From an uncultured Chloroflexia bacterium (GTDB lineage Bacteria > Chloroflexota > Limnocylindria > Limnocylindrales > CSP1-4), in NCBI GenBank assembly GCA_963746845.1, contig CAVVCZ010000004.1, positions 704,001 to 768,000 on the forward strand: DNA of 64,000 nucleotides, in the 5' to 3' direction. The position numbers were made by a program, and so were the translations under genes. Numbering within the stretch: position 1 is the stretch's first letter; every line of letters starts with the position of its first letter. The notes below the pieces were generated by a model. It saw only the letters and a list, made by a program, of their open reading frames with translations, searched no databases and was not told the DNA's origin. This document shows positions 30,291-40,659 of this stretch, in pieces.

Positions 30291-31283
30291 GGGCGGAGCG
30301 CGGGAACCATCACGAGGACCTTGCCCTGTGCACGGCCCTCGTGGACCCAGCGGAGCGCGTCGACGACCTGATCGAGCGGATACCGTCGATCGATCGCCGG
30401 CCGGACCGTGCCGTCGACGACGAGCCCGGTCAGCGTTGCGACGTCGGTCGGGTCGAACGGCTTCCACCACAGCATCAGGCCCATCGACTGCCGACTCGCC
30501 AGCCCGATCAGCGGCCCCAGCACCAGCGCCCCGAGGATCGGCCACGTGGTGCCGCCGAGCGTGACGTACACGCCGTCGGGACGGAGGCAGCGTCGCATCG
30601 CCAGGATCGAGTGGTGCGAGTCCGTGTCCAGGATCCAGTCGTATCGCTCGCCGGTCCTCGTGATGTCGACCGTCGTGTAGTCGATCACGTGATCGGCGCC
30701 CAGCGATCGGACGAAGTCCACCTTCTCGGTCCGGCATACGCCGGTCACCTCGGCGCCGCGAGCCTTCGCGATCTGGACCGCGAACGGCCCGACATTGCCC
30801 GACGCGCCGACGATCAGCACCCGGTCGCCGGCCTTCACCGCGCGGCCACGACGCTGCCGGAGCCCCTGGATGGCCAGGATCGGCCGAGTGCGGGAGCGTC
30901 GCGGCCTCCTCGAACGAGAGCGCGTCCGGGATCGCGATGAACCTCCGCTCGGGCGCGCTGACGAGCTCGGCGAACGCCCCGCCGCCAGCCGGATACAGGT
31001 CCGCGAAGACGCGATCGCCGGGACGGAAGCGGGTCACGCCCTCGCCGACGGCCTCGACGACGCCGGCGACGTCGATCCCGACGCGATGATTCCGCGGCGC
31101 GCGGATCCCGATGAACAGGCGGATGAAGGCCGGGCGTGGCTCGATCCCGTCGAGATCCGCCCGGTTGACGGAGGCGACGTGGACCCGGACCAGGATCTCT
31201 CCATTCGCCGGAACCGGCGGATCGACCTCTTCGACCCGAACGACCTCGGGTCCGCCGTAGCGATCGAGAACGGCCGCCTTCAT
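30287..31283 (-). CDS. MDR-family NAD(P)-dependent alcohol dehydrogenase / quinone reductase (frameshifts near 30845-30890)
   Basis: MKAAVLDRYGGP and GIDVAGVV, then GASGNVG and AQGKVLV in another frame. Confidence 0.88.
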
Positions 31284-31777
31284 GCTTCCCGAGGCTCGAA
31301 TACGACCACGGCGGTTTCGGTCGGGCGGCGCGTGGCGTAGGCGTCGAGGTTCGGCTCGATCTGCCGCATCGACGACCACAGGCGGATCCGCTCCTCGCCC
31401 GTCGCCGCGCGCGCCGTGATCTCTCGTGATCCGTCCGGGAGGTCGATCGTCGCGGTGGGGCGCGCCTGCAGGTTCAGCCACCAGGCGGGCTCGGGCTTCC
31501 CCCAGCCGTTCATCGCGAGCGTGAACAGGTTCGGCCCGTCCTCGACGTAGCCGAGGATCGCGATCCGTTCCTCGCCGCTGTGGCGGCCGATCGTGTGGAT
31601 CCGGAGCAGGCCGTACGTCTTCGGCGTCGGCGGTCGAAGGCCGCGGCGACCCCCGGTCATCCGATAGATCCCGCGGTGGGCGGCCCAGGCGGCTCGGATG
31701 AACCAGCGGGGCGGAAGGAACGGGTTCGACGCTGCCAATGGAGCCTCCGCACGAGATGGTCCCACGCCTGTCGTCAT
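31280..31777 (-). CDS. Deazaflavin (F420)-dependent nitroreductase/quinone reductase family
   Basis: HTIGRHSGEER, NGW..PAWWLNLQARP and Y..R..ETAVVVFEP. Confidence 0.85.
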   Translation of the reverse strand: MTTGVGPSRAEAPLAASNPFLPPRWFIRAAWAAHRGIYRMTGGRRGLRPPTPKTYGLLRIHTIGRHSGEERIAILGYVEDGPNLFTLAMNGWGKPEPAWWLNLQARPTATIDLPDGSREITARAATGEERIRLWSSMRQIEPNLDAYATRRPTETAVVVFEPREA

Positions 31778-31805
31778 CGGGGGCCCGCGCCCGGCTCGCT
31801 CCGCG

Positions 31806-32582
31806 TCAGTCGTTCGCGGTGATGGTGAGCGTCCAGGGATGACCGGAGCGTCCCGGCTCCGCGAGGCGCACGGGCCACCGTTCCGCGATGACGTCAGCCA
31901 GGGCGTCGGGGTCGGCCGGATCCGTCCCCGAGGCGAGCAGCCGATGCGCCGCCTCGCCACGGATGCGCTTGGCGATGACGTCGCCGATGCGGACTCCCCC
32001 GCGGTCCGTCTGGTTGACCCGGACCGCCGCCGTGCGATGGCCGAGGTCCGTCGGCATCCCGAGCGCCTGGAAGCTCGGCGGTCGCAGGTCAAAGATGACC
32101 CCGGCGGGTCCCGCGAGCTCGGCCAACAGGCCCGGCAGCACGGTTCGCCACGTTGGCTCGACACGACCGATGCCGACGAGGTTCGACCACGAACGCATTC
32201 GGTAGGCCGGGATCCGATCGCCCGGCCGGAGCGCGCCCCACAGCGCGGACGTGATCACGACGCTGCGCTCGGCTCGCTCCACGGCGGCCCCGGTGAGGGA
32301 CGCGAGATCGAGGCCGCCATGCAACGGACCTGCATAGACGTCGCCCGCCCGTCGCGTTGGAAGCTCGAGGAGGCGCGTGTTGCGCGCGATCAGGCCGGCC
32401 ATCGACGGCCGCTCGAACAGCCGCTCGAAGGCATCCGCGCCGGCACTGGTCTCGATCAGGGCGTCGAGGATCCGCGTCCGGACGGGTGTCAGCGTCGGAA
32501 ACGACAGCTCCCCGAGGTCGACTGGTCGGCCATGGTCCGGCGGCGGCCGCTTCGTTTCCGACGGCGGCAGGATGATCAGCAC
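31806..32582 (-). CDS. YaaA/UPF0246 peroxide-stress family protein
   Basis: [34 protein letters not shown] and AKRIRG. Confidence 0.85.
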   Translation of the reverse strand: MLIILPPSETKRPPPDHGRPVDLGELSFPTLTPVRTRILDALIETSAGADAFERLFERPSMAGLIARNTRLLELPTRRAGDVYAGPLHGGLDLASLTGAAVERAERSVVITSALWGALRPGDRIPAYRMRSWSNLVGIGRVEPTWRTVLPGLLAELAGPAGVIFDLRPPSFQALGMPTDLGHRTAAVRVNQTDRGGVRIGDVIAKRIRGEAAHRLLASGTDPADPDALADVIAERWPVRLAEPGRSGHPWTLTITAND

Positions 32583-32636
32583 GGCGACACTCTAGGAGGC
32601 GCATGACCCGCGATGCGTCGGGCGATCGACGAGATC

Positions 32637-32663
32637 GGTCACGTCGAAGCCGGCTCACGGGTC
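32637..32663 (+). promoter_or_regulatory. ECF41-type promoter upstream of the sigma gene
   Basis: GGTCACG-N16-GGTC (ECF41 consensus approximately TGTCACA-N16-CGTC). Confidence 0.65.
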
Positions 32664-32698
32664 AAGCCATTACCGAACCAACCGCACGAATGGGATCG

Positions 32699-33584
32699 AT
32701 GCACGACCAGGATTGGCTCGCCGAACGGTTCGAGGACAACCGCTCGCACCTGCGCGGCGTCGCCTTCCGGATGCTCGGCTCCGTGACCGAGGCGGACGAC
32801 GCCGTCCAGGAAGCCTGGATCCGCCTGAGCCGCACCGACACGACCGACGTCGACAACCTGCGGGCGTGGCTGACGACGGTCGTCGGACGGGTCTGCCTGA
32901 ACATGCTGCGATCGCGCCGGACGCGCCGCGAGTCGTCCCTCGAGACCCACATCCCGGACCCGATCGTGAGCCCCGAGGCCGGCCTCGATCCCGAGCAGGA
33001 GGCGCTGCTGGGCGACTCGATCGGGCTCGCCCTGCTCGTCGTCCTGGACTCGCTGACGCCGGCCGAACGCGTCGCCTTCGTCCTGCACGACGTGTTCGCG
33101 GTGCCGTTCGACGAGATCGGGCCGATCGTCGGTCGGACACCGACGGCGTCGAGGCAGCTCGCGAGCCGGGCCCGTCGCCGCGTCCAGGGTGCGCCCGTGC
33201 CGGACGTCGACCTGGATGGCCAGTGGGCCGTCGTGGACGCGTTCCTGGCTGCCGCGCGTGAGGGCGACTTCGAGCGCCTCCTCGCGGTCCTCGACCCAGA
33301 CGTCGTCCTGCGGTCCGACGGCGGCGACGCGCGTCCGGGCCTCCGGACCCTGGTCCACGGCGCCGAGACCGTCGCGCGGCAGGCGCTGACCTTCCGCCAG
33401 TTCGCCGCCTCGGCGTCGCGCGTCCTCGTCAACGGGACCCCCGGCGGCGTCGCGTGGAAGCCGGACGGAAACCCGTTCGCGGTCATCGCCCTGACGGTCC
33501 GGGGAACGCGGATCGTCGCGATCGACATCCTCGCGGACCCGGATCGGCTCGGCCGGTTGGACCTCACCGAGGTCGCCGCGCTGA
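32699..33584 (+). CDS. ECF sigma factor, SigJ/ECF41 type with C-terminal SnoaL-like domain (3' end uncertain)
   Basis: AFRMLGSVTEADDAVQEAW, ERVAFVLHDVF, RQLASRARRR, LRSDGG and VNGTPG; homology ends near 33580, where a TGA is one base out of frame. Confidence 0.9.
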
Positions 33585-33601
33585 GCGTCGTTCCAGGCAA
33601 C

Positions 33602-33628
33602 GGTCACGTCCGCGCCTTCGTGCGGGTC
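33602..33628 (+). promoter_or_regulatory. Second ECF41-type promoter
   Basis: GGTCACG-N16-GGTC, with elements identical to the 32637 copy, upstream of the nitroreductase gene. Confidence 0.65.
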
Positions 33629-33674
33629 CTCTCATCGAGACCACGAACGATGTCACGCACGAAGGAGCACAGCC

Positions 33675-34133
33675 ATGACCGAACCGACCGCCGCCGCCGT
33701 CAACGTCCCACGCTGGGTCACGATGTTCAGCCCGATCACCAGGCCGCTGCTGGCCGCCGGCCTCCCGATGGGGCCCAACGGGCTCATCACCGTCCGCGGC
33801 CGGACGAGTGGCCTGCCTCGCACCACGCCCCTCGCGATCATCGCGCTGTCCGGCCGGCGCTGGATCTGGTCCCCCTGGGGCGACGTGCACTGGGTCCGCA
33901 ACCTCCGCGCCGCTGGGCACGCCACGATCACCGTCCGCGGCAAGGACGAGGAGGTGGATGCGACCGAGCTGGACCCGACGCAACGCTTCGAGTTCATCCG
34001 CGACACGCTGGGTCCGGTCGCGCGGAGCATCCCGTTCGGCGTCCGGTTCGTCCGGATGCTCGACGGGGTCGACGTCAATCACCCGGAGAAGGCCGCCGAG
34101 GGCCGCGTGGTGTTCGAGCTGCACCCACGTTGA
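33675..34133 (+). CDS. Deazaflavin-dependent nitroreductase-family protein
   Basis: ITVRGRTSGLPRTTPL and WVRNLRAAG; AAGGAG RBS. Confidence 0.85.
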   Translation: MTEPTAAAVNVPRWVTMFSPITRPLLAAGLPMGPNGLITVRGRTSGLPRTTPLAIIALSGRRWIWSPWGDVHWVRNLRAAGHATITVRGKDEEVDATELDPTQRFEFIRDTLGPVARSIPFGVRFVRMLDGVDVNHPEKAAEGRVVFELHPR

Positions 34134-34181
34134 ACGTCTCGACCCGGTCGAACCGATCCAACGGCCGGCGTCGGGGTCCGG

Positions 34182-35180
34182 CTACTCCTCGCGGTGGTGT
34201 GCTGCGGCGAGCTCGGTGAGGGCAGCCGGTTCGAGGGCGTCCGCGGGCACGCTGGCCACGCGGCCGGGCGTCCGCGCCCACAGGGTGGCGGTCCGGGTGC
34301 CGTTGTCGAGGCTCGCCCGCTCCCCCACGACGGCGCCCGGGCCGACCTCGGCCACCTGCTCGTCGTCGATCGCGACGACGAACATGCCGTCCAGGATCAG
34401 GAAGACGTCCGTGCCCTCGTCGCCCTGGCGAATCAGCTCCTCGCCGGCGGCCACCGAGCGGATCTTCGGCTTCGTCCCATGGGCCATGATCACTGACGAG
34501 AGCGATCGTTCGAGGGCCGATTCGACCTCGGCGACGACGGCCGGCGAATCCGCTTCGCCCCACGGCGTCCGGTCGCCGAACGCATGGTTGAACCACTTGC
34601 CGAAGTCGATGACGCCGGACTTCTCGACGAGCCGCCCGTCGTCGTCGTAGATCCAGTGGCGCGGAAACGGGCTCGCGCCGACCAGCTCGTGACTCGACGT
34701 TCCGTCCGCGTTGATCGTCAGCGCGAGGGTCGTCCACGCGATCGACGGCCAGAACTGGACGAACGGCTTGTGCGGCACGGGTCGCGGCGTCGGCAGGCCC
34801 ATCCGGCCACCGACGGTCTGGACGAACCTGACGGAGTCCGGACCGATCTCCGGCTCGTGCTGGATGTCCGGCAGCTGGACGGCCGGGAACCGAACGGCCG
34901 CCGGTCCCACGCGGACCGTCGTGGCCCCGATGTGGCCCTGCCCGAGGTGGCCCGCACGGACGATCCGTCCGTCCTCGACCTCGATGAACGCCCGCAGCTC
35001 GTTGGCCTCGCGGAAGCGATCGGTCGTGCGCAGCTCCTCGAGGTCGTCGAGGTGGTCCGGTGGCGGCTGGTCGTAGTGGGTGACGCCGAATTCGAACGGG
35101 ATCTTCGAGGGACCCGTGATCGCCTCCGACGGAATCCAGGACACCGCGGTAACCGACGACTCGAAACGCGTCGTGGACAT
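34182..35180 (-). CDS. Protein with C-terminal cyclic-nucleotide-binding domain
   Basis: LIRQGDEG..VFLILDG, GAVVGERA and RTAT (cNMP signature); N-terminal domain not recognised. Confidence 0.82.
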   Translation of the reverse strand: MSTTRFESSVTAVSWIPSEAITGPSKIPFEFGVTHYDQPPPDHLDDLEELRTTDRFREANELRAFIEVEDGRIVRAGHLGQGHIGATTVRVGPAAVRFPAVQLPDIQHEPEIGPDSVRFVQTVGGRMGLPTPRPVPHKPFVQFWPSIAWTTLALTINADGTSSHELVGASPFPRHWIYDDDGRLVEKSGVIDFGKWFNHAFGDRTPWGEADSPAVVAEVESALERSLSSVIMAHGTKPKIRSVAAGEELIRQGDEGTDVFLILDGMFVVAIDDEQVAEVGPGAVVGERASLDNGTRTATLWARTPGRVASVPADALEPAALTELAAAHHREE

Positions 35181-35298
35181 GGCCTGGTCACCTCATGCGG
35201 GCGGGCCGGTCAGCGCAGCCTGCGACGAGGTGAGTATGGGCGCCCAATCCGGTACGCTGCTGGCCTTGACCCCACGGGGTGGGGAGGGGGCCCTCCGG

Positions 35299-38200
35299 AT
35301 GACGAGCTGCCCGTCCTGCGGCCGAGCGAACCCAGTCGATGCTTCGTTCTGCATGGGCTGCGCGACTCCGCTCGGCGCCGTCGCCAACGTGCATGAGACT
35401 CGCAAGACGATCACTGCGCTCTTCTGCGATCTCGTCGGGTCCACGGCGCTCGGCGAGCAGCACGACCCCGAGGTGCTCCGCCCGCTGCTCGACCGCTACT
35501 TTGCCGCGATGCGAGAGGCGGTGGATCGTCATGGCGGACGCGTCGAGAAGTTCATCGGCGATGCCGTGGCCGCGGTGTTCGGGCTGCCGGTCGCGCACGA
35601 GGACGACGCCCTGCGGGCGGTCCGAGCCGGGGTGGAGATGCAGGAGCGCCTGGCCGAGCTCAACGCGGGCTCCGTGATCCCGCTGGCCGGTCGCATCGGG
35701 ATCACGACCGGCGAAGTGCTCTTCCGCGGGATCGGGGCACCGCCGATCGGCGACGTGATGAACACCGCCTCGCGCCTCCAGTCGAGCGCGGCTCCCGGGA
35801 CCGTCGTCATCGGCGAGCCGACATTCCGCCTCGTGCGCGACGCCGTCGTGGTCGAGTCCCTCTCGGCGCTCACGCTCAAAGGCAAGGCGAAGCCCGTCGC
35901 CGCCTACCGGGTCGTCCAGGCGGCCCAGAGGACCTTCACGCGGACGCGGCGCCTGGAGGCCCCGATGGTCGGGCGAGCTCGGGAGGCGGCCCTGTTGAGG
36001 ACCAGCTTCGAGAGGACCTCGGGGGACAGCGCCTGCCAGTTGTTCACCGTCGTCGGAGTGGCGGGAGCGGGCAAGAGTCGTCTCGTCGAGGAGTTCCTGG
36101 GCTCGCTCACTCGCGACGACGCCACGGTCTTGCGCGGCCGCTGCCTTCCGTATGGGGAGGGCATCACCTACTGGCCGGTGGCGGAGCTTGTGAGGAGCGC
36201 GACGGGGATCGCGGACGGGGACACGGCTGCCGAAGCTCGCGACAAGGTCGACGCGTTCTCATCCGGGCTGTCGGAGGCGACCGCGGTCGCGCGAGGGCTG
36301 GCCGGGATCGTCGGTCTCGACACGCAGGTGACCCACGACGAGCTGCTCTGGGCCTTTCGCCGGGTGCTCGAGCACCTTTCGGCGGGACGAGCGCTCGTTG
36401 TCGTGCTTGATGACATCCATTGGGCGGAGCCGGCCCTGATTGACCTGATCGAGTCCGTGGCCGACCTCGCGCGCCACTCGCCGATCCTCTTCGTGTGCGA
36501 GGCCCGACCGGACTTCCTCGAGAGCCGCCCGACCTGGGGTCGCGGCAAGCTCAACGCCACGACGATCCTGGTCGAGCCCCTCGGCGAGGAGTCTGCTCTC
36601 ACCCTGATCGATGCTCTTGTGTCGGGACGCCCGCTTCCCGCCGCCGTGCGGGCGAGGATCGCCGAAGCGGCGGAGGGCAATCCGCTCTATGTCGAGGAGT
36701 TCGTCGGCATGCTGATCGACGATGGCTCCGTCGATCGGGGAGGCTGGACTGCCGCGGTGGACGAGGCTGCGATCACCGTACCCCCGACCATTCACGCGCT
36801 CCTGTCGGCGCGCCTCGATCGGCTGGCCGAGCCTGAACGGACGGTCGCCGAGCGCGCTGCCGTCGTTGGCCGAACCTTCGACGCACCGGCGGTGATGGCG
36901 ATGTTCCCCAAGCCGGACCGAGCCGCTGTGCCCGACGCGCTCCGAGCACTGGAGCGCACCGAGCTCATCGGCTTCGACCGCACAGCGCATGGCCCAGGCC
37001 AGACCTTTCGGTTCCGGCATCTGCTCATCCGGGATGCCGTCTACGAGGGGATCCCGAAGTCGGAGCGAGCCGAGCTCCACGAACGGCTCGCGGACTGGTT
37101 CGCCGAGACCTCCGGCGATCGCCAGGGGGAGCTCGATGAGATCCTCGGCTACCACCTCGAGCGAGCGTATCGATACCGAGCGGAGTTGGGTCCAGACGAT
37201 GCCCACGCCCGCTCGATCGCCCGCAGAGCCGCCGACCGATTGACAGCTGCCGGCCTGCGCGCCCACGAGCGATCCGACATCACGGCGACGGTTGGGATGC
37301 TGGGCCGCGCTTCGCAGCTGCTCGAAGCGGACGATCCAGCCCGGCTCGCCATGCTGCCCGACCTCGCCCGCGCACTCGACTCGAACGGACGTCTCGACGA
37401 GGCGCGAGCCTGCTACGACGAGGCGATCCGACGTTCAGAGGCGGCCGGTGACGAGCGAGCCTGGGCAACGGCCCGCGTCCTGCGGTGCCTCTCCTCGAGT
37501 GTGGAAGTCGATGCCGACGAGCGCGCCCGAGCTGCCGACGAATGCCAGCCTCTGTTCGAGCGGCATGGAGACGAGCGCGGGCTGGCGCTCTGCTGGAGGC
37601 TGCGAGGCGAGGCGTCGTGGCGAGAAGGCCGAGGGGTTGGCGACGAGCCGGCCCTTGCGGTGGCGCTGGCGCATGCGCGACGAGCCGGTGCCCACCGCGA
37701 GGAGGTGCTGATTGCGGATGGCTTGAGTGCCAGCCTCGCGCTTGGGCCGACATCGGTCGAGGATGGCATCAGGCGTTGCCTCGACGTGCAGGGAGAAGCT
37801 CCGGACGACCGAGGGATCGAGATGGCGATGTCGCATGCCTTGGCGCATCTCCATGCTCGACGTGGCGATTTCGACGCGGCCCGGCCGCTTGCCACGAGAT
37901 GTCGGGAGATTGCGATCGAAAGCGGGCAGCGCGCCGAGGCGGCGCATCTCACAGAGGTCGCCTGGGACGTGGAATACCTGGCGGGCGACTACGCAGCGGC
38001 GGAGCGTGCCATCGCTGAAGGGTGTTCCGCCTTCGAGGCGCTCGGAAAGCCGCATGCGATGCTCGAGGCGTTCCGGGCTCTGGCGCAGGTGGCGCAGGGA
38101 CGCGTGCCGGATACGGACCGCCTCAGGACCATGGCCTCCCGAACGCAGCAGGCGACGAAGGCCCTGCTCGAGGTCGCCATCGGCAACGCCGAGCTGCTTC

Positions 38201-38442
38201 GTGGGGACGTCGAGGCAGCCGAGGCAGAGCTGCGTCGAGCTGTCCTCTACTTCGAGACGACGGACCTCGTGACCATGCATGCGCATGCATGCATGGTGCT
38301 GGGGGATGTCCGCCGCGCTGCGGGCAGGGCGGACGATGCCGAGGCGCACTATCAACGTGCGCTCGACATGCACGAGCGGAAGGGGAACGTGGTGGAAGCG
38401 CTCGTCGTCGCGTCGCGGTTGGCCGGCCTGCACGCCAGCTGA
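35299..38442 (+). CDS. Class III adenylate/guanylate cyclase with double zinc ribbon, AAA ATPase and TPR-like tail
   Basis: CPSC..CMGC, LFCDLVGST, KFIGDA, N.ASRLQ, GVAGAGKS, LDDIHWA and EGNPLY. Confidence 0.92.
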   Translation: MTSCPSCGRANPVDASFCMGCATPLGAVANVHETRKTITALFCDLVGSTALGEQHDPEVLRPLLDRYFAAMREAVDRHGGRVEKFIGDAVAAVFGLPVAHEDDALRAVRAGVEMQERLAELNAGSVIPLAGRIGITTGEVLFRGIGAPPIGDVMNTASRLQSSAAPGTVVIGEPTFRLVRDAVVVESLSALTLKGKAKPVAAYRVVQAAQRTFTRTRRLEAPMVGRAREAALLRTSFERTSGDSACQLFTVVGVAGAGKSRLVEEFLGSLTRDDATVLRGRCLPYGEGITYWPVAELVRSATGIADGDTAAEARDKVDAFSSGLSEATAVARGLAGIVGLDTQVTHDELLWAFRRVLEHLSAGRALVVVLDDIHWAEPALIDLIESVADLARHSPILFVCEARPDFLESRPTWGRGKLNATTILVEPLGEESALTLIDALVSGRPLPAAVRARIAEAAEGNPLYVEEFVGMLIDDGSVDRGGWTAAVDEAAITVPPTIHALLSARLDRLAEPERTVAERAAVVGRTFDAPAVMAMFPKPDRAAVPDALRALERTELIGFDRTAHGPGQTFRFRHLLIRDAVYEGIPKSERAELHERLADWFAETSGDRQGELDEILGYHLERAYRYRAELGPDDAHARSIARRAADRLTAAGLRAHERSDITATVGMLGRASQLLEADDPARLAMLPDLARALDSNGRLDEARACYDEAIRRSEAAGDERAWATARVLRCLSSSVEVDADERARAADECQPLFERHGDERGLALCWRLRGEASWREGRGVGDEPALAVALAHARRAGAHREEVLIADGLSASLALGPTSVEDGIRRCLDVQGEAPDDRGIEMAMSHALAHLHARRGDFDAARPLATRCREIAIESGQRAEAAHLTEVAWDVEYLAGDYAAAERAIAEGCSAFEALGKPHAMLEAFRALAQVAQGRVPDTDRLRTMASRTQQATKALLEVAIGNAELLRGDVEAAEAELRRAVLYFETTDLVTMHAHACMVLGDVRRAAGRADDAEAHYQRALDMHERKGNVVEALVVASRLAGLHAS

Positions 38443-38460
38443 CGGACTGGCGGCCCGGTC

Positions 38461-40440
38461 CTACCCGCGTCTCGCGAGCGAACGCGAGCCAGGCGTCACG
38501 GTCGAGCGGGCTCGGGGCCTGAGCGTTCGCCGCTTCGGCGGGTTCTCCCCGATCGGCTGGTAGCCGCCGGGACGGGTCTCGAGGACGCCCTCCCCCATGG
38601 ACAGGCCCGGCAGCTGGTGCTGAAGCGACCGCACGCGGGCGACCGGCAGCACCGCCGAGGCGCGGGTGAGGCCGTTCGCTGAGAACTGCCCGGTCACCCG
38701 GCCGCCGAGCCGGCCGAGCGCGGCGAGCACGCCCGGCGCGGTCGACGAGGGCATCTCGAGCGCAAGGTCCGCCAGCGGCTCGCACACCCACGTCCCACCA
38801 CGGTCGAGCGCGGTCATCAGCACGAGCTGGGTCAGCCGCCGGAAGTCCGCTGCCGTGGTGATCGGCGAGGCGTAGCCGCAGTCGGTCATCGTCACGAGGC
38901 AGTCCGTCACCCCCCAGCCGGCGAGGCCCTCGGTGAGCGCCTCGCGGACGTACGCCTCCATCTGGCTCAGGAAGGTGTCGCCCGTGTGGAACAGGTACAG
39001 CGGGACGAGGCGGGGCTCGACGTCGGCATGGAACGCGATCCCCGAGCCGATCGGCGCCGGCTCGATCCGGAGGGCGAGCGTCGCCTTGAACGGGTTGGTG
39101 CTCAGCGGCGAGCTCCGCCCGGTGATGTTCGTCTTGACCTTCGCACGGATGACCTCCTCGGCCGCGCCCGCACGTGCGGGCCGCTCGATGCACACGACCG
39201 TCGTCTCGCGGAAGTCGGCCGCGATGCCGTAGTCGCGCTCGAGCGTGGCCTGGATGACCTCCTTCTGGACCTCGCCGTACAGCGACACGGAGATCTCGTG
39301 TCGGTGGTCGTCCTGGCGGACGTCGATGAGCGGATCCTGCTCCGCGAGCTGGGAAAGCGCAGCCCGCAGGCTGCCGGACTCGTCCGGCCGGAGCGGGAAC
39401 ACGACGGCCTCGAGCGCCGGCCGCGGGAAGCGCGCTGTTTCGGTCTCGCCTGGCGGCGGCTCTCCGATGGCGTCGCCGACCCGCACGGCCCCCAGGCCGC
39501 GGACAGCGGCCATCTCCCCGGCGGCGAACACCTCGCGCCGATGCGCACCGGCCGGCGCGAACACCCTGATCGATGTCGGCTTGGCCTCCTCCCCTCCCCC
39601 GACGCGCACGCGCTGGCGCGGACGGAGCGTGCCGTCGAACAGGCGGACGTAGGCGACGCGCTCGCCGGACGTCGTGCGCTCGATCTTGAAGACGCGGCCG
39701 GAGACGTCCGCATCCGGGTCGCCGGAGGCGCCCGAGAGGAGCTCGTCGACGCCGGCGAGGAGCCGGTCGATCCCCTCCCCGGTCGCCGCCGACCCGAAGT
39801 ACACCGGGTGCACCCAGCCCGCCCGGGTCTGCCGGGCGAGCTCCCGGTGCAGACGGACCGTCGAGGGCGCGGCTTCACCGCCGACGAACCCCTGGAGGAG
39901 GGCCTCGTCGTGCTCCGCGAGGATCTCCGTGAGCACCGTCCGGTGCTGATCGTCGGAGGCGGTCAACGGTGGGCCCATCGGCACGACGCCTGGCGACAGC
40001 CGTCGCGCCATCGCCTCGAGGACCCGCTCCGGGTCCGCACCGGCCCGGTCGACCTTGTTGACGAAGATCAGCGTCGGGACGCGGAGCCGGCGCAGGGCGC
40101 GGAAGAGCAGCGGCGTCTGCGGCTGGACGCCCTCGACCGCCGACACGACGAGCACCGCGCCGTCGAGCACGCCGAGGACGCGTTCGACCTCCGCGATGAA
40201 GTCGGGGTGACCGGGCGTGTCGACGAGGTTGACCGCGAGGTCGCCGACGAGGAACGAGGCGACCGCGGACCGGATCGTGATGCCGCGTTCGCGCTCGAGG
40301 TCGAGCGAGTCGGTCTGGGTGGTGCCGGCGTCGACGCTGCCGACGTGGTCGATGGCGCCGGCGGTGAAGAGGAGTCGCTCGGTGAGGGTGGTCTTACCGG
40401 CGTCGACGTGGGCGAGGATGCCGAGATTGAGCGTGCGCAT
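38461..40440 (-). CDS. TetM/OtrA-like translational GTPase (ribosomal protection family)
   Basis: NLGILAHVDAGKTT, ERERGITI, DTPGH, NKVD, LAEQDP and YGEVQKEVI. Confidence 0.88.
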   Translation of the reverse strand: MRTLNLGILAHVDAGKTTLTERLLFTAGAIDHVGSVDAGTTQTDSLDLERERGITIRSAVASFLVGDLAVNLVDTPGHPDFIAEVERVLGVLDGAVLVVSAVEGVQPQTPLLFRALRRLRVPTLIFVNKVDRAGADPERVLEAMARRLSPGVVPMGPPLTASDDQHRTVLTEILAEHDEALLQGFVGGEAAPSTVRLHRELARQTRAGWVHPVYFGSAATGEGIDRLLAGVDELLSGASGDPDADVSGRVFKIERTTSGERVAYVRLFDGTLRPRQRVRVGGGEEAKPTSIRVFAPAGAHRREVFAAGEMAAVRGLGAVRVGDAIGEPPPGETETARFPRPALEAVVFPLRPDESGSLRAALSQLAEQDPLIDVRQDDHRHEISVSLYGEVQKEVIQATLERDYGIAADFRETTVVCIERPARAGAAEEVIRAKVKTNITGRSSPLSTNPFKATLALRIEPAPIGSGIAFHADVEPRLVPLYLFHTGDTFLSQMEAYVREALTEGLAGWGVTDCLVTMTDCGYASPITTAADFRRLTQLVLMTALDRGGTWVCEPLADLALEMPSSTAPGVLAALGRLGGRVTGQFSANGLTRASAVLPVARVRSLQHQLPGLSMGEGVLETRPGGYQPIGENPPKRRTLRPRARSTVTPGSRSLARRG

Positions 40441-40659
40441 GGGACCTCATGTCGTGCAAGGAGGCGGTGACCTTCTGGCTGGACATGGGTGCTCCCATCT
40501 CGCTCCTTTCCGTCTCGCGTCGTCGCGCGGCTGCGCCCGAACAGGGTCGCACGCCCGGTCAAGCAGTGGGACTACTGGGACATGCATGTCGTGGGGTTGT
40601 GGCCAGCGCCCGGCACGAGCCGTGGCGCTGGCCGAGGCGCGCTGGTCGCCCGATGGGGG

